A stretch of 63,549 nt of DNA, filler included, from Octopus bimaculoides (Eukaryota), in assembly GCF_001194135.2 (NCBI RefSeq). It is 8 parts of 8 records of this genome, joined end to end, with 100 filler letters (N's around TTAATTAATTAA, not from the genome) between each part and the next. Parts side by side here need not be neighbours in the genome. Positions count along the whole stretch, not along the records: positions 22,353 to 44,013 come from NC_068981.1; 7 more parts are not named here. One strand, written 5' to 3'. Of the stretch, positions 25,741 to 38,920 are shown one piece after another. The notes under the pieces were generated by a model that made no database searches, was not told the DNA's origin, and saw nothing but the letters and a program-made list of their open reading frames with translations. Within the stretch, counting starts at the first letter, position 1. Each line of letters starts with the position of its first letter. A program made the position numbers and the translations under genes.

Positions 25741-27418
25741 TAAAACATCTAATATGATGATTTGTCGTAAGTGAGATATTGACTTTTAACATGATAGTTT
25801 CTCAGTGCATTGATCTGTGAAATGAAATGAACTAGAAACTATTGTAAGCACTTCTTCGTAGTCACATTGTTACACAACATCAGGATAACAGCATAACACT
25901 GATTAATTCTGTTACTAGTGCAGTTTTACTAATTCACACATAATTGCGTTCATAAAGCATACATTATATATATATATATNNNNNNNNNNNNNNNNNNNNN
26001 NNNNNNNNNNNNNNNNNNNNNNNCATATATATATACATACATACATGTATGTATGTATGTATGTATGTATGTATGTATGTATGTATGTATACACACACGC
26101 ACACACACACACATATATATGGGTTTAAAATATCCAAGCAGATTTCAATAGAGCTCTCAGTTTTAAACAAATTGGGTTAACTACATTCAGCATTCAGACA
26201 TCAATAAATGCTAGTAGAATACACATCCAAGGTAATTCCACATGTATGACAAGTAGATCCAAATATCGTTTTGAAGAATTTTGAGAAATTCGGAGTATTA
26301 GACAACAAAAATACATATCGAGAAAACCACATCTTTTATTGTAGAATTAACCTTACAAAGCCGACAATTGTTTCTGTTTATATTTAGATATAGAAAATAT
26401 TGAAATTAATATTTCCGAAAATACATGCTAATGCGACATTTTAAGGCGACCCAGAACTAATTAAATTCAAAGTGAATTTAACATGTAAATTTGGATATAT
26501 TAATTTCAATGATACTTGCTATATTTAAAGATGTTGATATAACAGAAGCAGTTACTGAATTTGTATTCTACAATTAGAGATGTGATTTTCACCATAAGCA
26601 TGGCTTCGTAATTAAAGTGTTGCACTTACAATTGCGAGATCGTGCGTTCGATTTCTAGACCGGGTGTTGCGTTTTGTTCTTGAGCAAAGTACAAATTGCC
26701 AGACCTCCGGAAAGAAACAGAGGTGTCTGTCGGAGAATTTGTACGACTTCACCAGACTCAATTATACATGCATATACTTCTACAGGGTGCTCGGGCTAAA
26801 TTTAACAGTTTGCATAAAAAGAAAAGATAACAAAATATCCCACTCCCAAATAAAGTTTTTAAAAAATCAAAAAATATCAACTAGGTTATGGCTAGGAGAA
26901 AGGAGTATGTATGTATGTATGTATGTAAGCGTGCATGTATACATGTATGCATGTCTCTTCTATTTTCTAATTATTATAAATCTTCCACTGAGGAGGGAGC
27001 TGATTTCCAATAAAGGTACAAGGCTCCATCTTTGGGATGTAGTTAACACAGAAAATTCACAATAGGAACTTGAGAAAAGTCTTGCATATTTTTACTGTTC
27101 CACTCACAGTTTGCACTTGTACGAATTAGCCGGTCGATTTCTCTTTCTGAAAATCCCAGTTTATCCCGTTTCTCCTTTAAGCATTTACTAACAAAACCTA
27201 GCGCTCCAATTATTTTTGGTATTCATAGTCTGGATATAGAAGCGGGAGGTTTCGAAGCAGTTGTCCATTGATATCTTCTTTTTCTTCGATTTTCAAAGAG
27301 ATATTTTTTATTTATATCTGCAGGGCAGTTGACCTCTGTGATGGTACATACCTTTGTTCCTCTGCCCCAAACAATATCCGGCCTGTTATGTTTACATTTG
27401 ACATACATACATACATAC

Positions 27419-27449
<31 letters not shown>

Positions 27450-27571
27450 TATATGTAGACAAATATTTCGTAAATATTGCGAGAATATTTTTGATGCAAT
27501 ACGATTTGTGAGAGAGTTCAATAAAAAAGCAGTGGTATATGCAAGGATATATATAATTTAAAATGAAAGGT

Positions 27572-27898
27572 CTGAAGTTCTCAAATATTTTTTTTTATCT
27601 ATGAGACCCTTTAATTGTTATTTCATTTTGAAGGACCCCAATTAGCCATTCGATATTTAAAAACTTGTTTTATAGATACTTCTTTCAAAATTCCTATTTT
27701 GTTTTGCGTACATTAACTTGTGTATGTTGAATTATATAAAATGTTAGAGAAAGAAGCTTAGTTGTTTCTTGTAATTCATACCAATTCATACATTTAAATC
27801 AGTTTTTTTCAGGGGCCTTTAAAATATTATTGTGAACCCTCAATTTACTAATTTGTTATGTGGACTCCACAAAATCTGGACCCAGTTAAGAACCACTG
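27572..27898 (+). mobile_element. hAT-type MITE (same family as 32716-33055)
   Basis: Right terminus GTTAAGAACCACTG; internal AAAATTCCTATTTTGTTTT...CATTAACTTGTGT...CAGGGGCC shared with 32716-33055; left end eroded. Confidence 0.65.
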
Positions 27899-28347
27899 GT
27901 CTACCTTTTTAATAAATATACGGTCTTGGCACGCACGTACACGAACACGCGCGCACGCACACACACACACACATTTCAGTCTACGAAATTCACTCACAAG
28001 GCTTTTGTCAGCCCGAGGGTAAGTAGCCAAAGGTGCTACGAACTATGACTTTTGGCTTGGGAAGCAAGCTTCTTACCACACAGCCACGTCTGCGCCTATG
28101 TACGTATGTATATGTACGTATGTATATGTTTGTGTGTGTGTGTGTGTGTGTGCGTGTGTGTGTGTGTGTGCGTGCGTGCGTGCGCGTGCGTGCGTGTTGA
28201 CTTGTTCTGGGATAGTGTTAGAGTTGTTGAGGAAAAGAAATTGTGTTGCAGTGAATTTGTGTGTAGTGAGCCTGAATTGTGTAGGGAGCGTATGGAATCC
28301 TGAATCTGATACTAAGGTGACTTCGTCAATGTTGGCAGTATAGTCTC

Positions 28348-28438
28348 CACTAATGCTTTGCACTAATGCTTTGCACTAATGCTTTGCACTAATGTTTTGC
28401 ACTAATGCTTTGCACTAATGCTTTGCACTAATGCTTTG
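28348..28438. repeat. 13-bp minisatellite (CACTAATGCTTTG) x7
   Basis: Seven contiguous copies, one with a single substitution. Confidence 0.95.
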
Positions 28439-28439
28439 G

Positions 28440-29397
28440 CGCTCTCGGCGACGCTAGAGAGAGTAAAGTTTTAATGTTTTAAGGCGGTCCCAATAATTAT
28501 GATCAGTCATGCAATTTATTTTTCTAGCATTTGCTCTCTGGAGTCACTCAGTTCTCGTAATGTTTTGTTTGATGTAGGGAGACCATCGGGGCAGTAATAC
28601 TCTAGGTGTGACCGTACAGTGAAAGAGAAAAGGAAAATGGTGACGTCTTCCTGCGAACCATATTGATTTTATTGTTGATGTGAGCACTCTAGCCAAGATT
28701 GTTGATATAATGGATGCTATGAATAGTTCCCCTGAATGAAAAGAATGTGGTTTTCTGAGCGCGTTCTTTTCCCAAACTGCGTGAGTTCAAAATTTCCCTC
28801 ATTTGACCGCATGTTGATTTTGTCTGCCATTGGAGTTCAGGTTAGTCTTTTCCATTGATAATTTTCTGGAGTTTGGAGTCATCTGCGAATATTTATATTT
28901 TGCTGTGTTTGATGACGCTTGAGATGTGGCTTATATAGACTATGAAGTGTAGCGGGACCTAAACAATTCGCCAGGGGACACCACTGGTGACCTTTACTGG
29001 GCTTGGGTAGATTCCACTGATCGCAACATGTTGCGTTCTGTTCACCGAGAAATATTTAATCTACCACGGATTCCAATATTGGACAATTTTAGCTGGAGGA
29101 TATTGTGGTCGACTCTGTCGAACGCTTTGCTGAAGTCAAGATGTATGACATCAGAATTCGAACCTGATCCCAAAGCCTTAAGAACATCATCAATGTAATG
29201 TAAAAGCTGTGTTAGGCAGTCCCTGCTTCAGCAAAAGCACATATTAGTTGGAATTTGGAAAATTTTAGCTCTCCAGGAATCCAGTTGTCATTGATCTCAC
29301 CATTCTTTCAAACACGTTGATGATATAGGAGGTGAGAGAGATTGGGCGATAGACTTGATTTCTTTTATTGCTGCTGTGATGTCTGAGGCAGTAAAAG

Positions 29398-29400
<3 letters not shown>
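28440..29400 (-). mobile_element. CR1/Jockey-group LINE ORF2 fragment
   Basis: Minus strand gives YRPISLTS..INVFERMVRS, YLDFSKAFDRVDH, VPQG-like segment, FADDSK and LKLYSL.RRRER. Confidence 0.8.
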
Positions 29401-29460
<60 letters not shown>

Positions 29461-29696
29461 CGTACGTATGTGCATGCGTGTGTGCATGGGTCCGTGCATA
29501 CATGCATGCAGACATATATAATCGCTGTGATCAAGCATGAGACATCTATACCTTATCGGATTACAGAGACATCTATGGCGTTACTGTATGACAAGTATGC
29601 CGCTACTATCTCTGAGTCACCACTATTGTTAAGTATCCTGTGACAAGTAAGAATAAGATGAGCAGAAACTACTTTAACTCATGTAAGTATGTCATT

Positions 29697-30060
29697 ATTA
29701 TTACCTCCGCCTTAACGAAAGCGGAGGTATTGTTTTCAGTTGTGTTTGTTTGTTCGTCCGTGAACAAGATATCTCAAGAATCGCTGGATGGATTCGAATG
29801 AAACTTTCAGGGATGTCTGGTCTCGTGACTGGCACGTACAAATTAGATTTTGGGATCGATCCGGTAGCGGACAAGGATTCTGGATTATTTTTCCTGTTTT
29901 TTTTTTTTCACTTAATTTCTGAGAGCGGTCGGGTTCATTTTCAGTATTCTCGTTTGTGAGAGCAGTCGAGTTTATTTTTTAGTGTCATTTCTAGACCTCT
30001 TGGTAACGGAGACAGAGTCGGCTTCTAACCTAGGTTCAAGACTAATTCAAAAAAATTTCA
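29697..30060 (+). mobile_element. Helentron/HINE (DINE-1-like) non-autonomous element
   Basis: Starts TTATTACCTCCGC-CTTAACGAAA-GCGGAGGTATTGTTTT (terminal hairpin) followed by GATATCTC...GGATTCGAATGAAACTTTCAGGG, the usual HINE layout. The right end is uncertain. Confidence 0.5.
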
Positions 30061-31342
30061 ACAAGAGAGTTATTTGTACACGTTTGTATGTAAGTGTGCA
30101 CGTATTTGGAGTCAGCGCATGTGCAGATCTGTCTATTTTATGCATAGATTAAAACAAAAATGAAAAGGCAAACCGTTTGACAAAACCTGACAAGGATATT
30201 TAATTTAGATATGTAATAAAAAGGTATACATAGTCTCTAACAGCTGTTTCTAGAATATCCAAGCTATTGGAACATCGTGCCGAGCGATGATTCCAAAGGT
30301 CGACTATACCATCATCAGAGAGGGTGAGTTTAAACACATGTAACAGTGAAGGAATATTACTCATCAATGATATTGTAGTTTTTAGTCTTTTACTTGTTTC
30401 ATTCATTTGACTGCGGCCATGCTGGAGCACTGCCTTTAGTCGAACAAATCGATCCCAGGATTTATTTTTGTAAGCTTAGTACTTATTCTATCGGTCTCTT
30501 TTGCCAAACTGCTAAGTTACGGGGACGTAAACACACCAACATCGATTGTCATGCGATGGTGGGGGGGACAAATACAGACACACACAAATATATATATATG
30601 ACAGACTTCTTTCAGTTTCCGTCTACCAAATCCACTCATAAGGCTTTGGTCGGCCCGAGGTTATAGTAGAAGACACTTGCCCAAGGTGCCACGCAGTGTG
30701 ACTGAACCCAGAACCATGTGGTTGGGAAGCAAGCTTCTTACCACACGGCCACATTTCGTCGAGATAAGGAAGAGAAATCCAATTAAATTGAGTATTCGAA
30801 AGGCAGTCCCAACATGACAAGTTCAAATGCAGTTCAAACCGGAGTTTTAGTGGCATACCGAATTGAGCACTCAAAGTGAATACACATTAGTTTGAGTCAC
30901 CTGACGAAAACTCTTCGTATACTTTATTTTATGTATGTATATTCTCATGTCCACACATGTGCATATGCATTTATATGCTAAACTTTTGGTAAGTTTTACA
31001 TATTTTGACAGTTCCATTGATAGCTTCTAACGGTCATCATGTAATTTGCTTTCTCACTTTTGGTTTTGAGAACTCTAATTTCTCAAGATTAGACCCGGTG
31101 TCATTTATTACATATACTAGTACCCCAATAATTACGAGTATACATCTGAACTTCTGATCCGAGTAGAGTTTCTGTAAGACTCTCAACGGTTCAGCGCAGG
31201 TGTTTTCGTTTTCTCAGATCTTATGTATGTATGTATGTATGTATGTATGTATGTATGTATGTATGTATGTATGTATGCTTACACAATACGTATATAGGTG
31301 CATAGGTCGGTGTGAAGGTATGTATGCATACCTGTTTGTATG

Positions 31343-31391
<49 letters not shown>

Positions 31392-31737
31392 TTATGTGTT
31401 TGTACGCAGGCTGGTCTGTATGCATGTATGTATGTATGTATGTATGGATGGATGGATGGATGCACGCATGTATGCATGCATGTATGCGTTTATGTATGCA
31501 TGTGTGGATGTATATACGTATGTATATATCTGTCTGACTGTCTGTCTGTCTTCATGCATAAATACATGTTCGAGTGCGCGCGGCTATTTTTGATCTCAGT
31601 ACCTTGCCGTATTTTACTTTGCCTTTCATCCAACTGAATTCATTAATATAATTACTGTATATACAGAAAATAATCGCTATGTGTGTGTATATATGTTTTA
31701 TAAATACATATATACCTACATACATACATATATAAAT

Positions 31738-31854
<117 letters not shown>

Positions 31855-31859
31855 TATAC

Positions 31860-31892
<33 letters not shown>

Positions 31893-32312
31893 TACACGCA
31901 CACATTCCCAAGTACGGGAATCGATAATACCGATTGCACTCTTAAAGGTAGTGCTTCAATATAGTCACAGTCCAATGATTGCAACCATTAATATATGTAT
32001 GGGAAAAGGAGGGAGAGAGAAGGAGTGAGGGGAGAGGGAGTGGCGGAGAAAGAGTGGGGCTATGAACGCGCGCGCAATGTGCGTACTAATTGCATTTAGA
32101 GGCCTTCTACATTCATCCACTTTCGTATTGCAGTTTTTATTTTTATACCTTGTATGAACGCTGAAATATCGAAGAGCATAAGGGCAGGATGGAAAGTTTT
32201 TATCTCAATAAAGCTAGATAAGACCCTACGTGTTTGACTCTTCAATAGCAACATCCTAAATTATGCTCTTATATGCAAGTGAAACGTGGGCTACTAGGAA
32301 GATGGCTACGAT

Positions 32313-32461
32313 CAGTGCCGTCTTAAGGTATGAGCACGCTGGGCAGTTGCCCAGAAGCCTCGCGGTTCTTGGGCCCAATTTAGACCTATGTATGATTTGT
32401 CATGCTGTCAATAAATAAATGCTATAGAGGCAGAGCTTACAGTGCTGCTAAGACGGCGCTA
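32313..32461. mobile_element. 149-bp hAT-type MITE
   Basis: TIRs CAGTGCCGTCTTA / TAAGACGGCGCTA; 8-bp flanks GCTACGAT / ACTACGAT (7 of 8 identical, TSD). Confidence 0.75.
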
Positions 32462-32715
32462 ACTACGATGCAAAGGTCCTTGGTAAGATCCGTGCGGGGA
32501 ACATCATTGCGGGAGTATATCCGAAATGAGGTAATTCGAGAACTGAGCAGAATGAAAGACATGATCGCAGAATACTGAAGGCACAAGTCATGCTTCACCG
32601 GACATGTTGCAACGTTCACAGAAAATGGATGGACCTGTACTCTTACCGAATGGTGTCCAAGAGAACGGAAAAGCCACTCGGAAGGCCTTTACAACTATGG
32701 GAAGACGATTTAGAT

Positions 32716-33055
32716 CAGGAGTTTTCAACCATTTTCTTTATATATAGACTCCTTTGAATACTATTTTATTCTGGTGGACCCCATAACCAGTCGGTGCTTA
32801 AATACAGACACGTCTTCCAAAATTCCTATTTTGTTTTTCATACATTAACTTGTGTAGGTTGAACTATGTAAAACATTAGAGAAAGAAACCCAGCTGTTTC
32901 TTGCAATACATTCCAATAGATACATCTAAACAAATTTTTTTTCAGGGGCCCTTAAAATACTATTGTGGACCTACAATTTATATTTTGTTGCGTAGATCCC
33001 CAAAAATTTTACATGGACTCTCAGGGGCCATATGGACTCCGGTTGATAACCACTG
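32716..33055 (+). mobile_element. hAT (Charlie-like) MITE with perfect 8-bp TSD
   Basis: Termini CAGGAGTTTTCAACC / GGTTGATAACCACTG; ATTTAGAT at 32708-32715 and 33056-33063. Confidence 0.85.
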
Positions 33056-33063
33056 ATTTAGAT

Positions 33064-33363
33064 CAAGGGTTCTCAACCATTTTTTTTTTTTTGCTTACGG
33101 AACTCTTTGATTCCTATTTTACTCTACTGGACCCCCATAGCGATTCGACATTAAAAAAATAATCCTATTATATTTTTTAATAATTAAAATAGGCGCAGGA
33201 GTGGCTGTGTGGTAAGAAGCTTCCTTCTCAACCACTTGGTTCCAGGTTCAGTCCCACTGCGTGGCACCTTGGGCAAGTGTCTTCTGCTATAGCCTTGGAT
33301 CGACCAAAGTCTTTTGAGTGGATTTGGTAGACGAAAACTCAAAGAAGCTTGTCGTATATATAT

Positions 33364-33416
<53 letters not shown>

Positions 33417-33741
33417 TGTGTATGTCCCCCCTCCATCGCTTGACAACCGATGTTGGTGTGTTTACATCCCCGTAACGTAGTGGTTAGGCAAAAGAGACCG
33501 ATAGAATAAGTACCAGGCTTACAAAGAATAAGTCCACGGATCAATTTTCTTCGACTAAAAAGGCCACAGTCAAAATAACTGAAACACGTGAAAGAATAAA
33601 ATATTATCAAGAAATATATCCCCAAAATCTTAAAATATTTTGTGCATTGTCAAAGCATAACCAGTTTATTGCACGAAAGTTTTAGCAACAAAATCTTATG
33701 AGATCACCAAAGGTCATGCGGAACCCGGTTGAGAAACACTG
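33064..33741 (+). mobile_element. Second hAT (Charlie-like) MITE, interrupted by a SINE (~33190-33600)
   Basis: Termini CAAGGGTTCTCAACC / GGTTGAGAAACACTG; flanks ATTTAGAT / ATTAAGAT. Confidence 0.75.
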
Positions 33742-33857
33742 ATTAAGATAATTGATTTGGGCCAAGATGGGGAATAATGGTGCAATCAAGAATTGGAAGC
33801 GCATTGTGACTAGCGGCGTATAACATTCGATAATCTGGCCGATACAGTGGTACAATG

Positions 33858-33902
<45 letters not shown>

Positions 33903-34985
33903 CCTTTGTGTTTGTGTTTGCCCACTCTCATCCGTCACACGGTATGACAACCGCTGTTGGTTTGTATACGTCCCTGTAAATTAGCGGTTCGGTAAAAGAG
34001 GCTGATGCAAAGTACCTGACCGAAAACAAGTACTGACATTGATTTGTTCGACTAACACTACAAAGAGGTGCTCCGCTATGGCTGCAGTCCAGTAAGTGAA
34101 ACAAGTAATAGAGTGTGTGCGTGCGCGCGTAGTGTATGTGTGTGTGTGTATGTATGCCTAGGCATTTGTATGTTTCTATATACGAATATGTTTAACTGTG
34201 ACTTCTCCCTTACTGTCACAAATAAATAAATAAACAAATAATTTTATTTTTTATTTCCTCGTGGTGTGCGTATGTGTGTGTGTGTATGTGTGTATGTAAG
34301 TGTATGTTCATGACTTTTATTACCGATCACAAAGAGTCGGTAGCAAAACGATAGCACCCCCTCTATCTGCCTGTGTGTGTCTCCCTCCTTATAACACTCC
34401 CCTATCTGTCTCTCCCTCTTTCTCTCTCTCTCTCTCCCTCTTTTTCTCTCTTTTTTCTTGCTGTCTGTCTCTCCCTACCCACCCCTTTCTCTCTCTCTTC
34501 CTATTTCACACTTCCACCCTGTTTCTTGTTGATCATAATTGCTATTTCTTATGATATAAATAAATATACGTTTCGGGTGTGGCTATATGCCTGTATGTGA
34601 ATCTGTATTGATGTACGTACATGTGTGTAAAATATGTACTTTCTCTTAGATTACTTGTTGTTAATGTGTGTTACTGTCAATATCCTTTTTATTATTTTCT
34701 ACTTTTACGCAAAGGAAGTCGGTAGTAAACCACAGCAGTCTATCTGCATCTCCCTCTTTCCCTCTTTCTCTCTGCTCTCTCTTTCTCTCTGCTCTCTCTT
34801 TCTCTCTGTTCTCTCTTTCTCTCTGCTCTCTCTTTCTCTCAGTGTGTCCGTCTCTCTGTTTCTGTCTCTGTCTTTCTCTCTCCCTTTCTCATTCACTCAT
34901 TGTCTCTCCTTCACATTTTGACCTCATCAATTTCTCTTCATAAATTATATCAGACCGCGCGTCACTCATTGTCCTTCAGGACACG

Positions 34986-35043
<58 letters not shown>

Positions 35044-36109
35044 NNNNNNNNNNNNNNNNNNNNNNNNNNNNNNNNNNNNNNNNNNNNNNNNNNNNNNNNN
35101 NNNNNNNNNNNNNNNNNNNNNNNNNNNNNNNNNNNNNNNNNNNNNNNNNNNNNNNNNNNNNNNNNNNNNNNNNNNNNNNNNNNNNNNNNNNNNNNNNNNN
35201 NNNNNNNNNNNNNNNNNNNNNNNNNNNNNNNNNNNNNNNNNNNNNNNNNNNNNNNNNNNNNNNNNNNNNNNNNNNNNNNNNNNNNNNNNNNNNNNNNNNN
35301 NNNNNNNNNNNNNNNNNNNNNNNNNNNNNNNNNNNNNNNNNNNNNNNNNNNNNNNNNNNNNNNNNNNNNNNNNNNNNNNNNNNNNNNNNNNNNNNNNNNN
35401 NNNNNNNNNNNNNNNNNNNNNNNNNNNNNNNNNNNNNNNNNNNNNNNNNNNNNNNNNNNNNNNNNNNNNNNNNNNNNNNNNNNNNNNNNNNNNNNNNNNN
35501 NNNNNNNNNNNNNNNNNNNNNNNNNNNNNNNNNNNNNNNNNNNNNNNNNNNNNNNNNNNNNNNNNNNNNNNNNNNNNNNNNNNNNNNNNNNNNNNNNNNN
35601 NNNNNNNNNNNNNNNNNNNNNNNNNNNNNNNNNNNNNNNNNNNNNNNNNNNNNNNNNNNNNNNNNNNNNNNNNNNNNNNNNNNNNNNNNNNNNNNNNNNN
35701 NNNNNNNNNNNNNNNNNNNNNNNNNNNNNNNNNNNNNNNNNNNNNNNNNNNNNNNNNNNNNNNNNNNNNNNNNNNNNNNNNNNNNNNNNNNNNNNNNNNN
35801 NNNNNNNNNNNNNNNNNNNNNNNNNNNNNNNNNNNNNNNNNNNNNNNNNNNNNNNNNNNNNNNNNNNNNNNNNNNNNNNNNNNNNNNNNNNNNNNNNNNN
35901 NNNNNNNNNNNNNNNNNNNNNNNNNNNNNNNNNNNNNNNNNNNNNNNNNNNNNNNNNNNNNNNNNNNNNNNNNNNNNNNNNNNNNNNNNNNNNNNNNNNN
36001 NNNNNNNNNNNNNNNNNNNNNNNNNNATTTACAGAAAAACAAAAAACGAAGACAGGTGTATAAACAACAAGCAGGTGTATTAGTTTGACGCTCGGGAAGG
36101 TGAGAAAGT

Positions 36110-36145
36110 CTTTTACGTTTCGAACCTACGCTCTTCAACAGGAAG
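36110..36145 (-). ncRNA. Hammerhead-like variant (CTGTTGA core)
   Basis: Minus strand reads CTTC-CTGTTGA-A-GAGC-GTAG-GTTC-GAAA-CGTA-AAAG. There is a compact stem II and a loopless palindromic ACGT stem III, but A6 is replaced by T and stem I is imperfect. Confidence 0.4.
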
Positions 36146-36396
36146 GAACAAGATGAAATAAACAGAGAGAGAATTAAAAAAAAAAACTTCTGGAATTAGC
36201 GGTCAATCCATAGTAAATATAAAAAACAACTTTCTAGGACAATAGTAGTTTATTAAAACGGGAGGTTGTGGATTTTTTCGTATCGAAGTACGATAAACTG
36301 CAAAAAAGTTCTTTTCATATTTCAAGGTAGGCGACCAAGGTTGCCGGTTATGCGAACAAGAATACAAGAGTTAAGGAATGAAGTCAATAAGATCCG

Positions 36397-36480
36397 GACT
36401 ACATACGTTTCATAGCGAGCGAAAACTCAGAAGTGGTAAATATCCAAGCGAGGTGTATACCGCAGTCTACTCTTCAGGTC
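36397..36480 (-). ncRNA. Minimal type-I hammerhead ribozyme motif
   Basis: Minus strand reads GAC-CTGAAGA-GTAG...CTAT-GAAA-C-GTAT-GTA-GTC: intact core, stem II GTAG/CTAT, stem I GAC/GTC. Confidence 0.62.
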
Positions 36481-36780
36481 AAGGATATCTTGATTAAATG
36501 AAAGTTTACATTGTCGCGGAACAGGGACAACTGAAGAAGGGAAATATTCTTTATGTTGCATATCTCGATTCTCTGTTTGTTTTTTTCGTTTTCTGTCTTC
36601 GTCTTTATTTTTTCGTTTCTCATTGTGTTTAACGTTTTTTGTGATGTCCTGTACCTATATATGCACGTATATATACATATAGATGTAGGCATGTACATAC
36701 ATGTATGGATATATGCATATATTTATATATTATTTATATTATCATATGATCGAACGCCACGCATCCTTTTCCAAGTAAGT

Positions 36781-36815
<35 letters not shown>

Positions 36816-37060
36816 ACGACGGACTTCTTTCAGTTCCGTTTACCAAATCCACTCACAAGGTTTTAGTCGGCCCGAAGCTATACTAGCAGACACTTGCCCA
36901 ATGTGCCACGTAGTGGGACTGAAGCCGGAACCATGTGTTTGGGAAGTAAGTTTCTTACCACGCAGCCACGCCTGCATCTATACATACATACATACATACA
37001 TACATACACAGACACACACACACACACACACACACATACATACATACATACATACATACA

Positions 37061-37095
<35 letters not shown>

Positions 37096-37129
37096 TGTTG
37101 TATTTCAGGATGGTCTTTCTTTTTTGCCA

Positions 37130-38920
37130 AGTAAACAAACGCACTATATATTCGTTCTTCACTCGTTTATTACTGTTCTTATTCTCACTCATGCCCATTG
37201 TCCGGAAATCTTGTCGCTTTATGGCTGGAAGTTGGTCTATGATTAAATTTGTAGCGGCTGATCTTCCCTGAGTGTATCCTTGAATGGTTGGCTGGTCCGG
37301 TATCATCGTTAGGAGCTTAGTCAATTTTTTTTTTTTTTTTTGGTAATGTTTCAGTAGAGGTTTCTTCATATTTCTGATTTCTTTGGGTCGGCAGTTGAAA
37401 AGTTGAGGACCTCTAAATATCAGACTGGTACAATAGAGTGTTTTTGCTCGTAAATTTCGAAGGTGGTATATTTGGAAGCTGACAGTGTCTACCAGTTCGT
37501 GCATTAGAATTCTCTTTAATACTGAAGTTTGGAACATGTTCCTCCAGGATTTTCCATACGTATATGATCGTATCTCTCTCTCTCTCTCTCTCTCTCTTCG
37601 GCGTTCGAGAGAGCAGTAATGCAGAGCTTCCAGGTGCTCCAGTAATTAGGGCTTCTAACCAAAGTTATTTTATTGGTGAACGTTCATCGTAACCCTTCAA
37701 TTTCTTTTATGAGATCGGATGAGTTAAGAGAATCTAATCTGCTCAGACCTAGGGTTTTCGATAGAGTTAGCATAACTATCTGTTCTTTTGTCATGAAGGT
37801 TCGTAGGATCCATGATATGAGATGTCTGCATTTAGAAGTTAGTTTGGTGATATGGATGATGGAAGGTGCATCATTTGACATGATTATTCGCAAGTCCCGT
37901 ATTCCTTTAGCGTTCTGAATCATTGTGTCATTTCGTATTAAATATAGTGATTTGTGTGTAGTCCTTTCGTAATGAAGAACCTGAAATTTAGATGTATTAA
38001 ATTTCATATTATTTTATATATCAGGTTAAGCTCATTTTGAAGTATGACAGTATTTCTGGAGTTTGGATAGCCATCGATATTTTGGTGTCGTTTGCGTAAC
38101 TCGTTAGGTTGACCGAGTGTATTTGTGACCCTATACTTGATTGGGTGATGATTAATAATATTGGTCCTAGAACCGTACCCTGAGGTATACCACTTATTAC
38201 AAGTGACTTAGCAGAAAGAAAACTATTTACAGCAACAGATTACAGAAACTCGGAGAACTATTCTCTAAGTCTCCCTGTCATACTAAAATTCCTTAACTTA
38301 TGACAAATGATTTCATGATCAATCTTGTCAAACGCCTTAGTATACGCAGTCAGGTCCTTTCTTCTCAAGGTATACGCAGTCAGTGTCCTTTCCTCTCAAG
38401 AGATTATTAGCGATAGTGTTATGGTCCTGTAATAGTTGTAACAGGCAATTTCATCCAGTTCGGAAAACTCGCTGTCTCATCTAAGAGGTTGTTTCCCCCA
38501 AGTTGTGTAATTATTCTTTTTAAGGACAATGCGTTCGATAATTTTAGATCAGTAAGATGTGAAAAAAAACAAGTCTGTAATTTTTAGCTTCAGCCCTGCT
38601 ACCACCTTTGTGTATAAGTGTTACTATTGAGTTTTTCAGTAGTTTTGAGAATATGCTGGTATCTAGCGAATTTTGAAATAGTATCTTTAATGCCTTAGCA
38701 AGGTTAATTCTGCACGTTTGTACCAATGTGACAAGGAGACCATCCTGTCCAGATGCTAAGTTTGAATCTAGGTCATTAATAGCTGTAAGTGTATCATCTT
38801 GCATAGTGTCATTAATTTCTAGATGCGTCTCTGCAGCTGGGTCCTGGGGGATCAAAGAATTCGATTGGCTTGTACTATTTTGTTAAGTTTGACTTGGGAA
38901 AATGCACTGTTATACTGTTG
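37130..38920 (-). mobile_element. CR1/Jockey-group LINE ORF2 fragment
   Basis: ORF-track pieces HKGGSRAEAKNYR, MKFNTSKFQVLHY, RGPQLFNCRPKEIRN, IPDQPTIQG; DYxKAFDKIDH and GIPQGTVLGP motifs in shifted frames. Confidence 0.85.

Larger units (their letters stand above)
32150..33875 (+). mobile_element. RTE-clade LINE 3' fragment hosting nested MITEs and a SINE
   Basis: RVxLFNSN..MLxYASETWATRK, IRNEVIRELS, GHVATFTENGWT, WCPRERK..GRPLQLWEDDL; the sequence resumes after 33749. Confidence 0.7.
36029..36660. mobile_element. Probable Penelope-like element terminal-repeat remnant
   Basis: Carries two hammerhead-like motifs. Shares the motif ACAGGACATCA...AA(T/C)GTTAAA(T/C)ACAATGAGAAAC with 6865-6905. 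No ORF is recognisable. Confidence 0.4.

Noticed and set aside
28348-28438. Repeat array considered as CRISPR-like
   Set aside because: Contiguous 13-mers without spacers in a eukaryotic context, with no cas genes.
30895-30930. CTGACGA core-like motif (similar partial motifs at ~24706 and ~30311 on -)
   Set aside because: No correctly placed GAAA and cleavage triplet; at most eroded remnants.
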